From Deltaproteobacteria bacterium (GTDB lineage: Bacteria; Myxococcota; JADLHZ01), in assembly GCA_020848545.1 (NCBI GenBank), contig JADLHZ010000031.1, positions 18,483-82,482 of the forward strand: a stretch of 64,000 nucleotides of DNA, written 5' to 3'. Position 1 is the stretch's first letter; the number at the start of each line of letters is the position of its first letter. The notes under the pieces were generated by a model. That model did no database searches. It saw only the letters and a list, made by a program, of their open reading frames with translations, and was not told the DNA's origin. The position numbers and the translations under genes were made by a program. Of the stretch, positions 27,419-36,253 are shown piece after piece.

Positions 27419-27787
27419 GCGGCGACGGCGGCGCTCCTCGATGGTGCCGATGCGCGTGAGCAGCTCCTCCTCGGTGAACGGCTTCGTCAAGTACTCGTCG
27501 GCGCCGAGCTTGAACGCTTGCACCACGTTCGGAACGCTGCTGAACGCGGTCATGACCACGACGTCGGTCGTCGGGCTCAGCGTGCGGACTTCGCGCAAGA
27601 GCGTCATGCCATCCATCTCGGGCATGCTCACGTCGGTGATCACGAGATCGAAGACCTGCTTCGTGCACTTCTCGGTCGCCTCGACGCCGTCGTTGGCTCG
27701 CACCACGCGGTGACCGGCGCGCGTGAGAGCGTCGCCGATCGCCAGGCGGATCGACGGTTCGTCGTCGACGAGGAGGATGGAGAGCAT
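27398..27787 (-). CDS. Single-domain CheY-like response regulator, paralog of the EBP receiver
   Basis: MLSILLVDDEPSIRLAIGDAL is nearly identical to the EBP N-terminus MLSILLVDDEPSIRLAVGDAL. Codon usage differs, so the duplication is old. Confidence 0.85.
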   Translation of the reverse strand: MLSILLVDDEPSIRLAIGDALTRAGHRVVRANDGVEATEKCTKQVFDLVITDVSMPEMDGMTLLREVRTLSPTTDVVVMTAFSSVPNVVQAFKLGADEYLTKPFTEEELLTRIGTIEERRRRRSPRVIA

Positions 27788-27792
27788 GCGCT

Positions 27793-28044
27793 TTAGATCT
27801 TCTTCTTCGTCGTCTTCTGGAATTCGATCAGCGCTTGGATCGCGCCGCCGAGCGCTGCCGCGGAGACCTCCGTCACTTCGAGCGCGGCCTCCTCGGCCTT
27901 CAGCACGCGCGGTTCGAGCGCCGCCCACGCTTGCTTCAGCTCCATGCCGAACAAGTGCGCCTGCACGCGGATCTCGTCGCGCAGCGTGCGCAGCTTGCTC
28001 AGGCTCTCGTCGATCTGCTTCTGTAGCTCCTTCTTCTTTTCCAT
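27793..28044 (-). CDS. Small all-helical protein (83 aa), possible Hpt-like or coiled-coil connector
   Basis: Start MEKKKELQKQ. Coiled-coil heptads. AHLFGMELK is weakly Hpt-like. Lies between CBS and CheY genes in the same operon. Confidence 0.4.
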   Translation of the reverse strand: MEKKKELQKQIDESLSKLRTLRDEIRVQAHLFGMELKQAWAALEPRVLKAEEAALEVTEVSAAALGGAIQALIEFQKTTKKKI

Positions 28045-28070
28045 CGCCTGCTCCTCGTCCGTTTGTGAAA

Positions 28071-28520
28071 TTAGTCTTCGTCCAAGAGATCGAGCACCCA
28101 AGCGAGCGCCGCTAGCGCGTCGACGGCGGTGAAGATGCCGACGACGCGTCCCTTGTCTGCGACGACGGCCGAGCCGAACTTCTTGCGCGCCATCACCCGC
28201 ACCGTCTCGTCCAGCTTCGCCAGCGGCGCCACCACGTAGGGCTCCGACGTCATCGCCTCTTCGACCGCGATCGCGCCCGGATCGACACCGTCGAGGGTCT
28301 CGACCATCTCGAGATCGCGCTGCGACACGATGCCGACCAGCTTGCCGCCGTCGAGCACGGGCAAGTGGCGGATGCCGTGCTCGCGCATCAGCTCGTGCGC
28401 TTTCTGCAGTGTTTGCTTCCTACCAATCGTATGCGGCGTGGCGGTCATGTACTTGTCGACCGTCTCGGCGACGTGCTTGCCCCTGATCGAGATCGTCTGT
28501 GCTCGTGGCCTAGGCGACAT
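28071..28520 (-). CDS. CBS-domain pair protein
   Basis: Two CBS motifs (HLPVLDGGKLVGIVSQRDL and AVVADKGRVVGIFTAVD). GGAGGA RBS. Sigma-54 promoter upstream. Confidence 0.8.
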   Translation of the reverse strand: MSPRPRAQTISIRGKHVAETVDKYMTATPHTIGRKQTLQKAHELMREHGIRHLPVLDGGKLVGIVSQRDLEMVETLDGVDPGAIAVEEAMTSEPYVVAPLAKLDETVRVMARKKFGSAVVADKGRVVGIFTAVDALAALAWVLDLLDED

Positions 28521-28545
28521 GTTCGAATCCTCCGGCGACAGGAAT

Positions 28546-28561
28546 TGCAAAGTAGGGACCA
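28546..28561 (-). promoter_or_regulatory. Sigma-54 promoter (TGGtccc-tact-TTGCA) for CBS - small protein - CheY operon
   Basis: Minus-strand sequence TGGTCCCTACTTTGCA. About 17-nt leader with GGAGGA SD before ATG 28520. Confidence 0.6.
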
Positions 28562-28600
28562 AGGTCGAATGCCTGGGCTCATCGGTGGAATGGTTTCGAA

Positions 28601-28630
28601 TCGGTAACGCCCGCCCGTTGGTGCGTTACC
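28601..28630. promoter_or_regulatory. Palindrome CGGTAACGC-N12-GCGTTACCG upstream of CBS-operon sigma-54 promoter (UAS candidate)
   Basis: Perfect 9-bp inverted repeat, 45-75 bp upstream of the -24 element. Confidence 0.5.
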
Positions 28631-28636
28631 GCCGGG

Positions 28637-29044
28637 TCAGCGGCTGTTGTGGCAGCTCGTGCAGGATCCGGTCAGCGCGCCAGCGAGATAGTAGTTCGGA
28701 GGGTCGGCCTCGGCTGCCAGCTTCGCGGCCGTTACCGCGCGCCGAAAGTCATCGAGGTGCTCGTCGATCTTCGGGTGATTCGTCGGCTTGCCGTCGAGCG
28801 TCGCCGCGTGTGCTTGCATGAGCGAGAGCCGGTCGACCACGTCTTTTCCCACGACGAGCGGCGCCGGTCGCTGCAGCAGGTTTTCGAGCTCGACGACGTC
28901 CCCCGCGAGGAGCCACATCGTCGTCCTCAACTCCGCGCGCGGAATGTAGTGGAAAGTCGGCGCGTAGGTCACGGCGCGAATGCTTCCGGTCAGCGGTGCG
29001 CAGGCGAGAAAAAGCGCGGCGAACGGGAGGAGCTTGCGGGTCAT
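28637..29044 (-). CDS. Cytochrome c'-like lipoprotein (second copy)
   Basis: Lipobox LFLACAP. Helical. C-terminal CTSCH haem motif. Confidence 0.55.
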   Translation of the reverse strand: MTRKLLPFAALFLACAPLTGSIRAVTYAPTFHYIPRAELRTTMWLLAGDVVELENLLQRPAPLVVGKDVVDRLSLMQAHAATLDGKPTNHPKIDEHLDDFRRAVTAAKLAAEADPPNYYLAGALTGSCTSCHNSR

Positions 29045-29087
29045 GCGCCGCGGAGTTGCACGAGTCGGACCAAGCACGGCTGACGCT

Positions 29088-29951
29088 TCAGGCAAAAACG
29101 AAGCGATCGGCGTACCCGGCGGCGGCGGTATCGACTTCTCCGCGCGCCGCCGTTTGCATCAGGCGATCGCGGCCGCAGAGCAGCGCGAGCTCCGGAATGT
29201 CGCGCATGACGCCCCAGACGACGACGGGCAGCACGCGCTTCGCCACCGCCAAGCGCACAGGGCCGAGGCGGCTGCGCACGAAGTGAACGTGGCCCACCTC
29301 GTCGACCATGATCTGCGCGAAGAGCGTCTCGATGCGCGCGAGCACGGCGGGCTGATCGGCGAAGAGCACGCGCGCCTTTTCGAGCAGCAATGTGAAGATC
29401 GCGACGCCCACGATCTCTCCGCAGAGCACGAAGACGTCGGACATCTGGCTCGGCAGGCGCACCATGGCGTTGACCATGGCGCGGGTCACGGCGGTCGGCC
29501 GGCCGATCTCGACCGTGAGGCCGATCGTCGCGAGCGCGTCGCGCAGGATCCGCGTGTGATAGAGCTCTTCGATCATGATGTACGCGTGCGGGTCGTTTGC
29601 GGCGTCGGGCGGCTTGCCGTTGTGGGCGATCTCGAAGTCGACGCCGAAGCGCTCGGCGCGGTTGGTCTTAGCCGTGGCGAGCGCCCACAGCGTGCGTTCG
29701 TCGAGGCCGCGCTCGGGGACCCGGCGTTCATGATTGCGATCGAACACGCGTTGATCGACCGGCGGCCGCCCGCACCAGCACTGCGGCTGCGCATCGACGC
29801 CGGCGAAGAAGCGCTCGCGGATGTCGAAGCGCTGGGCGTCGAGATCGGGCGTGCCATCACGGGCGTGCAAATAGGCGAGGTAGGCGCTGCGGAAGCGACT
29901 TTGGTCGGCGGCGCTCATCGGATCGAAGGCGGTGCTCACCTGCTGCTCCAT
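29088..29951 (-). CDS. Ferritin-like di-iron carboxylate protein (AurF/DUF-type oxygenase-like)
   Basis: Two ExxH motifs (EELYH, DEVGHVHF) with upstream E residues. Start MEQQVSTAF. Confidence 0.5.
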   Translation of the reverse strand: MEQQVSTAFDPMSAADQSRFRSAYLAYLHARDGTPDLDAQRFDIRERFFAGVDAQPQCWCGRPPVDQRVFDRNHERRVPERGLDERTLWALATAKTNRAERFGVDFEIAHNGKPPDAANDPHAYIMIEELYHTRILRDALATIGLTVEIGRPTAVTRAMVNAMVRLPSQMSDVFVLCGEIVGVAIFTLLLEKARVLFADQPAVLARIETLFAQIMVDEVGHVHFVRSRLGPVRLAVAKRVLPVVVWGVMRDIPELALLCGRDRLMQTAARGEVDTAAAGYADRFVFA

Positions 29952-30036
29952 CCGCTGATGATACCAAACGCTGCGTTCCAATCGGCAAAAGGTTCGCGCA
30001 ACCGGTCGCGGCCGTTGTCGATAATCCTGCCCCGCT

Positions 30037-31080
30037 ATGCCTACCCGCGTGACACTTCCCACTTTCGTTCCTGTTCAGCCCTCGTTCCTCGCCAGCTCGG
30101 CGCCCGTGGCGATCGCTTCGAGCACGAACCCGTATGGCACCGTGCAGCAGCGCGCCGACAAGATCACGGCGCTCCAAAAGGGCTGGACCACGCACTCGGA
30201 CGAGAAGAAGATCCGTGACATCATCCTGTCGACGCACGGCGCCGAGCTGAGCACCTTGAAGCGCCTCATCGATCTCGGCGGCGAGAGCCACGATCTCGTG
30301 AACCTGCTGAACGATGACATCGACGACGCGGCGATCAAGAAGCAGATCGTCGCGCACTTCTACAACGAAGCCGTCGCCACCGGGCAGGTGAAGGTCTACA
30401 GCGACATCGACGACACCTTCTATTCGAACCTGAAAGACGCGCGCTTCCCGAAGGGCACGATCTATCCCGGCGTGCGGACGTTCTACCGCGCGCTCGATCT
30501 CGGCAAGGGCGGCAATGACGCGACGGGCGACATGCTCTTCCTCACCGCGCGGCCGGGCATCGTCGAAGACAGCACGCTCGACATGCTGAAGCAGAAGGGC
30601 GTCGCGCAGGCCAGCGTGCTCGAAGGCAACCTCCTCGACAACCTGCGCCTGACCGAAGCCGATCGGAACAGCGCGATCGCGGCGACCAAGGTCACGAACT
30701 TCATGACCCACCGCGCGCTCTATCCGGAGTACGGCTCGGTGTTCATCGGCGACAGCGGTCAAGGTGATGCGATCGCCGGCGCCGAGATGCTGCGCCGCGC
30801 GCCCGGCTCGACGAAGGCGGTCTACATTCACAACGTCACTGGCTTGGACGCTGCGGCGCGCGCGAAGCTTCTGAGTCAAGGCATCGTCGTCTTCGACAGC
30901 TACCTCGACGCGGCGATCGACGCCTTCGGCCGCGGCCTCATCTCGCGCGCGAGCCTCACGAACGTTGCCAAGGCGGCGCGCGCGGAGCTGAACGCGCTGC
31001 CGAACCTCGGCGCCGCCCAACGCGTGGCCGCGACGGCGACGCTCGCGGCGGCCGAAGCGCGGCTCGCGCTCGTGCCCTGA
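30037..31080 (+). CDS. App1-like/DUF2183 HAD-type phosphatase
   Basis: YSDIDDTFY (DxDxT) and GDSGQGD motifs, typical of the App1 catalytic domain. Confidence 0.6.
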   Translation: MPTRVTLPTFVPVQPSFLASSAPVAIASSTNPYGTVQQRADKITALQKGWTTHSDEKKIRDIILSTHGAELSTLKRLIDLGGESHDLVNLLNDDIDDAAIKKQIVAHFYNEAVATGQVKVYSDIDDTFYSNLKDARFPKGTIYPGVRTFYRALDLGKGGNDATGDMLFLTARPGIVEDSTLDMLKQKGVAQASVLEGNLLDNLRLTEADRNSAIAATKVTNFMTHRALYPEYGSVFIGDSGQGDAIAGAEMLRRAPGSTKAVYIHNVTGLDAAARAKLLSQGIVVFDSYLDAAIDAFGRGLISRASLTNVAKAARAELNALPNLGAAQRVAATATLAAAEARLALVP

Positions 31081-31091
31081 GTTTGTTCACA

Positions 31092-31433
31092 CTAGTCGAC
31101 GACGATGCGCGCGTTGATCATCTTGTTCATCCCGCAGCCGTACTTCAGCGTGCCGCTCTTCTTCGGCGTGAAGCTCACGGTCACCGCCTGATTCAGCGGC
31201 AGCGCTTGCTTGATGTTGTGCTCGTCGATCACGATCTCGGTGGCGCAGGTCTCGTCGGTCTTGCGGGTGATCACGAGGTTCAGCTGCTCGCCAAGCTTCA
31301 CGCGGATCTCTTTTGGCTCGAAGCCTTTCGCCGTGACGCTGACCTCGTAGGTCTTTCCCGGCAGCGGCTTCTTCTCTTCGGCGTTGGCGGCAGCGACGAA
31401 GATCAACAGGGCGGCGAGGGTGAGGCGAATCAT
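31092..31433 (-). CDS. Small periplasmic cupredoxin-like protein
   Basis: Signal peptide. Ligand-like C..H..C..M residues (TCATE, HN, GCGMNKM). Immediately downstream of the multicopper oxidase. Confidence 0.6.
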   Translation of the reverse strand: MIRLTLAALLIFVAAANAEEKKPLPGKTYEVSVTAKGFEPKEIRVKLGEQLNLVITRKTDETCATEIVIDEHNIKQALPLNQAVTVSFTPKKSGTLKYGCGMNKMINARIVVD

Positions 31434-31459
31434 CGAAGGCTCCATTCAGTGTCGAGACA

Positions 31460-32761
31460 CTAACTGTCGAAACGAATCCCGTCTTTCTGCATCTGCTCGG
31501 GCGTCGCGGCGCTCGCCGTCGTGCCCGGCGGATGTTTGTACCATCCTTGCGCGTCCGGCGCCGACGGATCGTCGCGCACCTTCAACACCGTGAACATGCC
31601 GCCCATGTCGATGTAGCCGAACGGCCCGTTGCCGCCGCGCATCGGCGCGCTGTTCTCCGGGATCGGCATGATCATCTCGCCCATCCCGCCCATGCCCGTC
31701 GTGCCCATCGTCATGTACTCGGGCAGCAAGCGCTCCATCCGCTGCTCGAGCTTCGTCATGTCGGCGCCGACCATCGGCACGATGCCGTGGCCCATCTGCA
31801 TCATCACGTGGTGGGTCATGTGGCAGTGCATCGCCCAGTCGCCTGATTCAGGCGGCGTGAACTCGATCGTGCGCGTGCTGCCGACCGGCACGAGCACCGT
31901 CGTCTCGGCATGCTGCGCGCTCGCGGGCGTGTCGCCGCCGTCGGTCGCGGTGACGGCGAAGTTGAGGCCGTGGATGTGGATCGGGTGGTGATCCATCGGG
32001 CTCAAGTTGCCGAAGCGCATGCGCACGCGCTCGCCTTTGCCGACGAGCATCGGCTGCGTGGCCGGGAACGCCTTGCCGTTGAACGTGAGCACGTTGAAGT
32101 CGCTCATCGCGTTCGGATCTGGGCGCTTGGTGCCGGCGGCGATCTTCCACTCGTGCGTCATCAAGGCGAAGTCGCGATCGACCTTCTTCGCCTGCTTCGG
32201 ATGGACGACGAACATGCCGTGCATGCCGAGCGCGATCTGCGTCATCTCGTCGAAGTGCGGGTGATACATGAAGGTGCCGTGCTGCCTCAGCGTGAATTCG
32301 TAGACGAAGGTTTGCCCCGGCGCGATCGGCGGCTGGTTGAGCCCGGAGACGCCGTCCATTCCGTTGGCCAAGATGATGCCGTGCCAGTGCACGGTGGTCG
32401 GCTCGCGCAGGCGGTTCGTCACGTAGAGGCGCAGGCGATCGCCTTCCATGCACTCGATCGTCGGCCCGGGCGTGCCGCCGTTGTAGCCCCAGACGCGCAC
32501 CTTCAAGCCCGGCGCGAAGTCGTGCTCGAATTCCTCGGCGACGAGGTGGCCGACCTTGACGTTGCCGACGGTGCGCAAAGGCAAGGTCGATCCGTTCGGC
32601 GTGACGACGGCGAGCGGCCCGCCTGGTGTGACGGCCGCGCTCTTCGCTGACGGCGTGTCGGTCGCGTTGGCAGCCGCGGCGGGCGCCGCGTCCGCGTGGC
32701 GCGTCAAGATCGCCGCGCTCGCGGCGGCGCCCGTCAATTGTAGGAACTTGCGTCGGTGCAT
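31460..32761 (-). CDS. Multicopper oxidase with Tat signal and Met-rich region (CopA-like)
   Basis: Tat motif RRKFLQL. HWHG, HPHFD and HCHMTHH sites. MTMGTTGMGGMGEM Met-rich segment. Confidence 0.85.
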   Translation of the reverse strand: MHRRKFLQLTGAAASAAILTRHADAAPAAAANATDTPSAKSAAVTPGGPLAVVTPNGSTLPLRTVGNVKVGHLVAEEFEHDFAPGLKVRVWGYNGGTPGPTIECMEGDRLRLYVTNRLREPTTVHWHGIILANGMDGVSGLNQPPIAPGQTFVYEFTLRQHGTFMYHPHFDEMTQIALGMHGMFVVHPKQAKKVDRDFALMTHEWKIAAGTKRPDPNAMSDFNVLTFNGKAFPATQPMLVGKGERVRMRFGNLSPMDHHPIHIHGLNFAVTATDGGDTPASAQHAETTVLVPVGSTRTIEFTPPESGDWAMHCHMTHHVMMQMGHGIVPMVGADMTKLEQRMERLLPEYMTMGTTGMGGMGEMIMPIPENSAPMRGGNGPFGYIDMGGMFTVLKVRDDPSAPDAQGWYKHPPGTTASAATPEQMQKDGIRFDS

Positions 32762-32773
32762 CGCCTCGACTCC

Positions 32774-33150
32774 TTAGCCGATCCAGCGCCGCGCGGCGAC
32801 CAGGCCGAGAAAGCCGGCGGCGAGGCAGCCGCCCGCGGTCACCGTAAAGTTGAGCGCCGCCGATCCGAGCGCGCCGTCGCGTGCGAGCATCGTCGTCTCG
32901 TAGTTGAAGCTCGAATAAGTGGTGAGGCCGCCGAGAAAGCCCGAGACCAGCGCGAGGCGCAGCGTGGGCGAGAAGCCGGCGACGTTCGTGGCCAGGTGCA
33001 TGATCGCCGAGATCAGAAAGCACCCGACGACGTTGACGATGAGCGTGCCGACCGGAAACGCCGGGAAGCGCTCGGCCGCCCACAGCGTGATCAAATAGCG
33101 GACGCCGGTGCCGCACGCGCCGCCGAGGCAGACCCAGAGGAAACGCTCCA
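32774..33150 (-). CDS. crcB: Fluoride channel CrcB/FluC
   Basis: 125 aa, 4 TM. GGLTTYSSF signature. GGAGG RBS. Confidence 0.85.
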
Positions 33151-33217
33151 TCGTCTCAGGACCTCCGTGATTCTCAAATGAATACCGTGTAACGGCGAAA
33201 GGACAGGGGAACAACAA

Positions 33218-33649
33218 ATGAGAATCGCTTTCGCCGCCTTGCTCTCGACCGCCGCGCTCTTCGTCACCGCCACCGCCTTCGCCGAGATCGAGGTTCGCAA
33301 GAACGGATCGAGCTGGGCGAAGATCGAGAACGACGGCACCATCCGCATCAACGGCAGCTCGGTCGGCAAGTTCGAGTCCGACGGCACGGTGCGCAAGAAC
33401 GGCAGCAGCATCGGCAAGGTGGAGAGCGACGGCACCATCCGCAGCAACGGCAGCTCGGTCGGCACCATCGAGAGCGGCGGCACGCTGCGCAAGAACGGCA
33501 GCAGCATCGGCACGATCGAGTCCGGCGGCACGATCAGGAAGAACGGCAGCAGCTGGGGCACGGCGTCGAACTGCTGCGGCGATCACGGCGGCAAGCGCGC
33601 GGTCGCGGCGGTCATCGTGTTCTTCTCGAGCGACTTCTTCAACCTCTGA
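33218..33649 (+). CDS. Secreted protein with 5.5 tandem 16-aa repeats (RKNGSSxGxxESDGTx)
   Basis: Signal peptide MRIAFAALLSTAALFVTATAFA. 48-bp DNA periodicity from 33293 to 33560. Cys-rich C-terminus NCCGDHGG plus a hydrophobic tail. Confidence 0.6.
   Translation: MRIAFAALLSTAALFVTATAFAEIEVRKNGSSWAKIENDGTIRINGSSVGKFESDGTVRKNGSSIGKVESDGTIRSNGSSVGTIESGGTLRKNGSSIGTIESGGTIRKNGSSWGTASNCCGDHGGKRAVAAVIVFFSSDFFNL
33293..33560 (+). repeat. 5.5 x 48-bp tandem coding repeats
   Basis: cgcaagaacggcagcagcatcggcaag...gacggcaccatc units. Synonymous differences between units. Confidence 0.85.
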
Positions 33650-33760
33650 TCAGTGGTCGCAGCCGCGCGGCGCGGGCGGAAAGCCTTCGAGCACGAGCGC
33701 CTCGCCGCATTTTTGGGCGGCGGGTGGCGCGGCGCTCGCTTTTCCGCCTACGCTCCTCCC

Positions 33761-34177
33761 ATGGCCGTCTTTCGCTCCGTCCAGCGCGTTTACTTCGACG
33801 ATCTCGACGCTCTGAACATCCTGCACAACGTGCGCTATTTGTTGTTCATCGAGCGCGCGCGCGGCGAGCTCTTTCAGTCGGCCGGCTTTCGCTGGAACGA
33901 CGACCTCCAGCAGAACCCGGACAAGTGGCATGTGATCGCCGCGCACGAGATTCACTACCTGCGGCCGGTGACGGGCGAGCAGGAGATCGCCGTCCTCACG
34001 AACGTGACCAAGATCGGCACGACGAGCCTGCTCCTCGACGCGCGTGTGACCAGCACGAACGGCGACGTCGTCTACGCCACGAACGCGACGCGGCTGGTGC
34101 GCCTCGATCCGGCGACCAACAAGCCCTGCCCCTGGAGCGATCGTTTTCGCAGCGCGATGCAGCCGTACATGAAGTAG
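33761..34177 (+). CDS. Acyl-CoA thioesterase (hotdog fold, YbgC/4HBT-like)
   Basis: N-terminal Y-F-D-D-L-D-A-L-N-I-L-H-N catalytic region typical of 4HBT thioesterases. Confidence 0.7.
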   Translation: MAVFRSVQRVYFDDLDALNILHNVRYLLFIERARGELFQSAGFRWNDDLQQNPDKWHVIAAHEIHYLRPVTGEQEIAVLTNVTKIGTTSLLLDARVTSTNGDVVYATNATRLVRLDPATNKPCPWSDRFRSAMQPYMK

Positions 34178-34204
34178 GCGGATCGATAGGCTACAATCTG
34201 ACGC

Positions 34205-34645
34205 ATGAGCGAACGGCCTGAAGTCGAGCGCTTCAAGACGCTGTCCACCTTGTTCTCGACGCTCGACACGAAGGGCGTCGAGCGCCTCGCCTCCATCGCG
34301 CAGACCAAGACATTCAAGCCGAACGACACGATCGTCCGTGTGGGCGAGCCGGCCGAGACCTTTTACGTCATCGTCCGCGGCGGCGTGCGCGTCATCGCCA
34401 AGGGCAAAGACGAAGGCAAGGAGGTGGCGCGCCTCGCCGCCGGCCAGTTCTTCGGCGAAATGGGCATCCTGAACGACGAGCCACGCACCGCCGACGTGCG
34501 CGCCATCGGCGACGTCGTTTGCCTGATCTTCACGAAGGACGACCTCTTGAAGGTGCTCGAGGACTATCCGCAGATCATGCACACGCTCGGCGCCGTCGGA
34601 GTCGAGCGGGCAGGCAAGCTCGTCGACGCGCTCGAAGAATCCTAG
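34205..34645 (+). CDS. Cyclic nucleotide-binding domain protein
   Basis: FGEMGIL...PRTADVRA is the cNMP-binding signature. No HTH. Confidence 0.8.
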   Translation: MSERPEVERFKTLSTLFSTLDTKGVERLASIAQTKTFKPNDTIVRVGEPAETFYVIVRGGVRVIAKGKDEGKEVARLAAGQFFGEMGILNDEPRTADVRAIGDVVCLIFTKDDLLKVLEDYPQIMHTLGAVGVERAGKLVDALEES

Positions 34646-34657
34646 TATGCGGGGCGC

Positions 34658-35164
34658 ATGAAAACGTGCACCAGCTCCGTCGTGCTTCCGTGCAGTCCCG
34701 AGCGCTTTTGGCAGATCTATCTAGATGATGCGTTCCTGCGCGCGTTGTACCTGGACGCCCTGCAGTACAAGGCGTTCTCGATCATCGAGGGCGGCACCGA
34801 GAGCAAGAAGCTGCACATCGTGCCGAAGCTGAACCTGCCGGGGCCGATCGCCAAGCTGATGGGCGACAGCTTCGCCTACGAGCAGCACGGCCGCTTGGAT
34901 CGCGCGAAGAGCCTGTGGACCTGGCAGATGCTGCCGCCGGCCGCGCACGCGTCGAAGAAGCAGCTCGTCTCCACGCACGGCTCCATCCGCATCGAGGCCG
35001 CCGGCGACGGGCGCTGCCGCCGCCACGACGAGGTGGTGATCGACGCAAAGGTGTTCGGCCTCGGCGGCATGATCGAAGCGGCCGCCGAGAAAGAGACCCT
35101 CGCGGCACAAGCGAAGGAAGTCGCCTTGATCGAGCAGTGGGCGGCGAAGTCGCACGCAGCGTAG
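34658..35164 (+). CDS. SRPBCC/DUF2505-like protein
   Basis: Family-level resemblance only. Confidence 0.45.
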   Translation: MKTCTSSVVLPCSPERFWQIYLDDAFLRALYLDALQYKAFSIIEGGTESKKLHIVPKLNLPGPIAKLMGDSFAYEQHGRLDRAKSLWTWQMLPPAAHASKKQLVSTHGSIRIEAAGDGRCRRHDEVVIDAKVFGLGGMIEAAAEKETLAAQAKEVALIEQWAAKSHAA

Positions 35165-35174
35165 CGATGGATCC

Positions 35175-35765
35175 ATGAGCGACCTGAAAGCGCGCTTCTC
35201 CGAAGTCTTCGAGCAGAACCACTGGGCCGACGGTGAGTCGCTGTCGGGGCCGGGCTCGCGGCGCGACTCGGATGACGTGCGCTTGACGATCGCGGCGCTG
35301 CATCGCGCGGTGGCCGACCACGGCGTGCGTTCGGTGAACGACATTCCGTGCGGTGACTTCAACTGGATGCCGCACTTCCTGGAGCAAGCGCCGCAGGTCC
35401 GCTATCACGGCTTCGACATCGTCGACGTGCTTGTCGAGCGGCACCGGCGCATTTACCCGTCACTTGCTTTCAGCGTCATCGACATCACGTGCGAGGTGCC
35501 GCCGCAGGCGGATCTCGTGCTCTGCAAGGATCTGCTGAATCACTTGGTCGAGGCCGACATTCGCCGCGCGCTCGCGAACATGAAGGCGTCGAGCGCGACC
35601 TTCCTCTTGGCGACCAACAACTTCGGGTTCGAAAACCGCGAGTTGCGCGATCCCATCGGCGGCGCGTCGCGGCACTATGACCTGTTGGCGCCGCCCTACG
35701 GCTTTCCTATGCCGCTCTGGCACGACCAATACCTCGGGCTCTGGCCGTTCGCTGCGCTTCCTTGA
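35175..35765 (+). CDS. Putative SAM-dependent methyltransferase
   Basis: Acidic-residue motifs after beta-strands (VNDIPCGDFNWMP, VIDIT, LVLCKDLLNHL), consistent with a class I methyltransferase fold. Confidence 0.5.
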   Translation: MSDLKARFSEVFEQNHWADGESLSGPGSRRDSDDVRLTIAALHRAVADHGVRSVNDIPCGDFNWMPHFLEQAPQVRYHGFDIVDVLVERHRRIYPSLAFSVIDITCEVPPQADLVLCKDLLNHLVEADIRRALANMKASSATFLLATNNFGFENRELRDPIGGASRHYDLLAPPYGFPMPLWHDQYLGLWPFAALP

Positions 35766-35809
35766 GGCCGCGCGCGATTTCGGGCAGGAGGGCGACTGGA
35801 GGGCAACCC

Positions 35810-36253
35810 ATGCCAAAGAACGTCATTCAACACATCGAGTGGACGACCCGCGACACCAAACGCCTGCAGGACTTCTACGGCCGCATTTTCGATTGGAAGT
35901 TCCGCCAAGCCATGCCTGATTACACGATGATCGACGGCGTCGGCGGGCTCTTCACGGCGCCGGATCAGCAAATGCCGACCGGCATCACTTGCTACGTCAA
36001 CGTGAAGGATCTCGCCGCGACCGAGGCAAAGATCGTGGCTGCCGGCGGGCAGATCTACAAGTCGAAGCAGGAAGTGCCGGGCATGGGTTGGTTCACGATC
36101 TTCGGCGATCCAGACGGCAACACGATCGCCGCGTGGCAACCGAACCTGAAGGCGATGGCCGCGAACCAGCGCGCTGCCGCGGCGAGGACAGCCGCGCGGA
36201 CTGCCACGAAGAAGAAGAAGGCAGGCAAAGCCAAGGCGAAGAAGAAGAAGTGA
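35810..36253 (+). CDS. VOC (glyoxalase/bleomycin-resistance fold) protein with lysine-rich C-terminal tail
   Basis: IQHIEWTTRD...FGDPDGNTIAAWQ VOC core. Tail [17 protein letters not shown]. Confidence 0.6.
   Translation: MPKNVIQHIEWTTRDTKRLQDFYGRIFDWKFRQAMPDYTMIDGVGGLFTAPDQQMPTGITCYVNVKDLAATEAKIVAAGGQIYKSKQEVPGMGWFTIFGDPDGNTIAAWQPNLKAMAANQRAAAARTAARTATKKKKAGKAKAKKKK

Noticed and set aside
28521-28535. GGATTCGAAC tRNA T-loop-like sequence
   Set aside because: Only an 11-nt match, lying in the 5'-UTR/RBS of the CBS gene. No cloverleaf can be built, and no tRNA genes are evident in the window.
33293-33560. Possible CRISPR-like repeat array
   Set aside because: The repeats are contiguous 48-bp coding units without spacers, inside an ORF with a signal peptide. 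The same applies to the (GGCGAT)15 array at 43795..43884.
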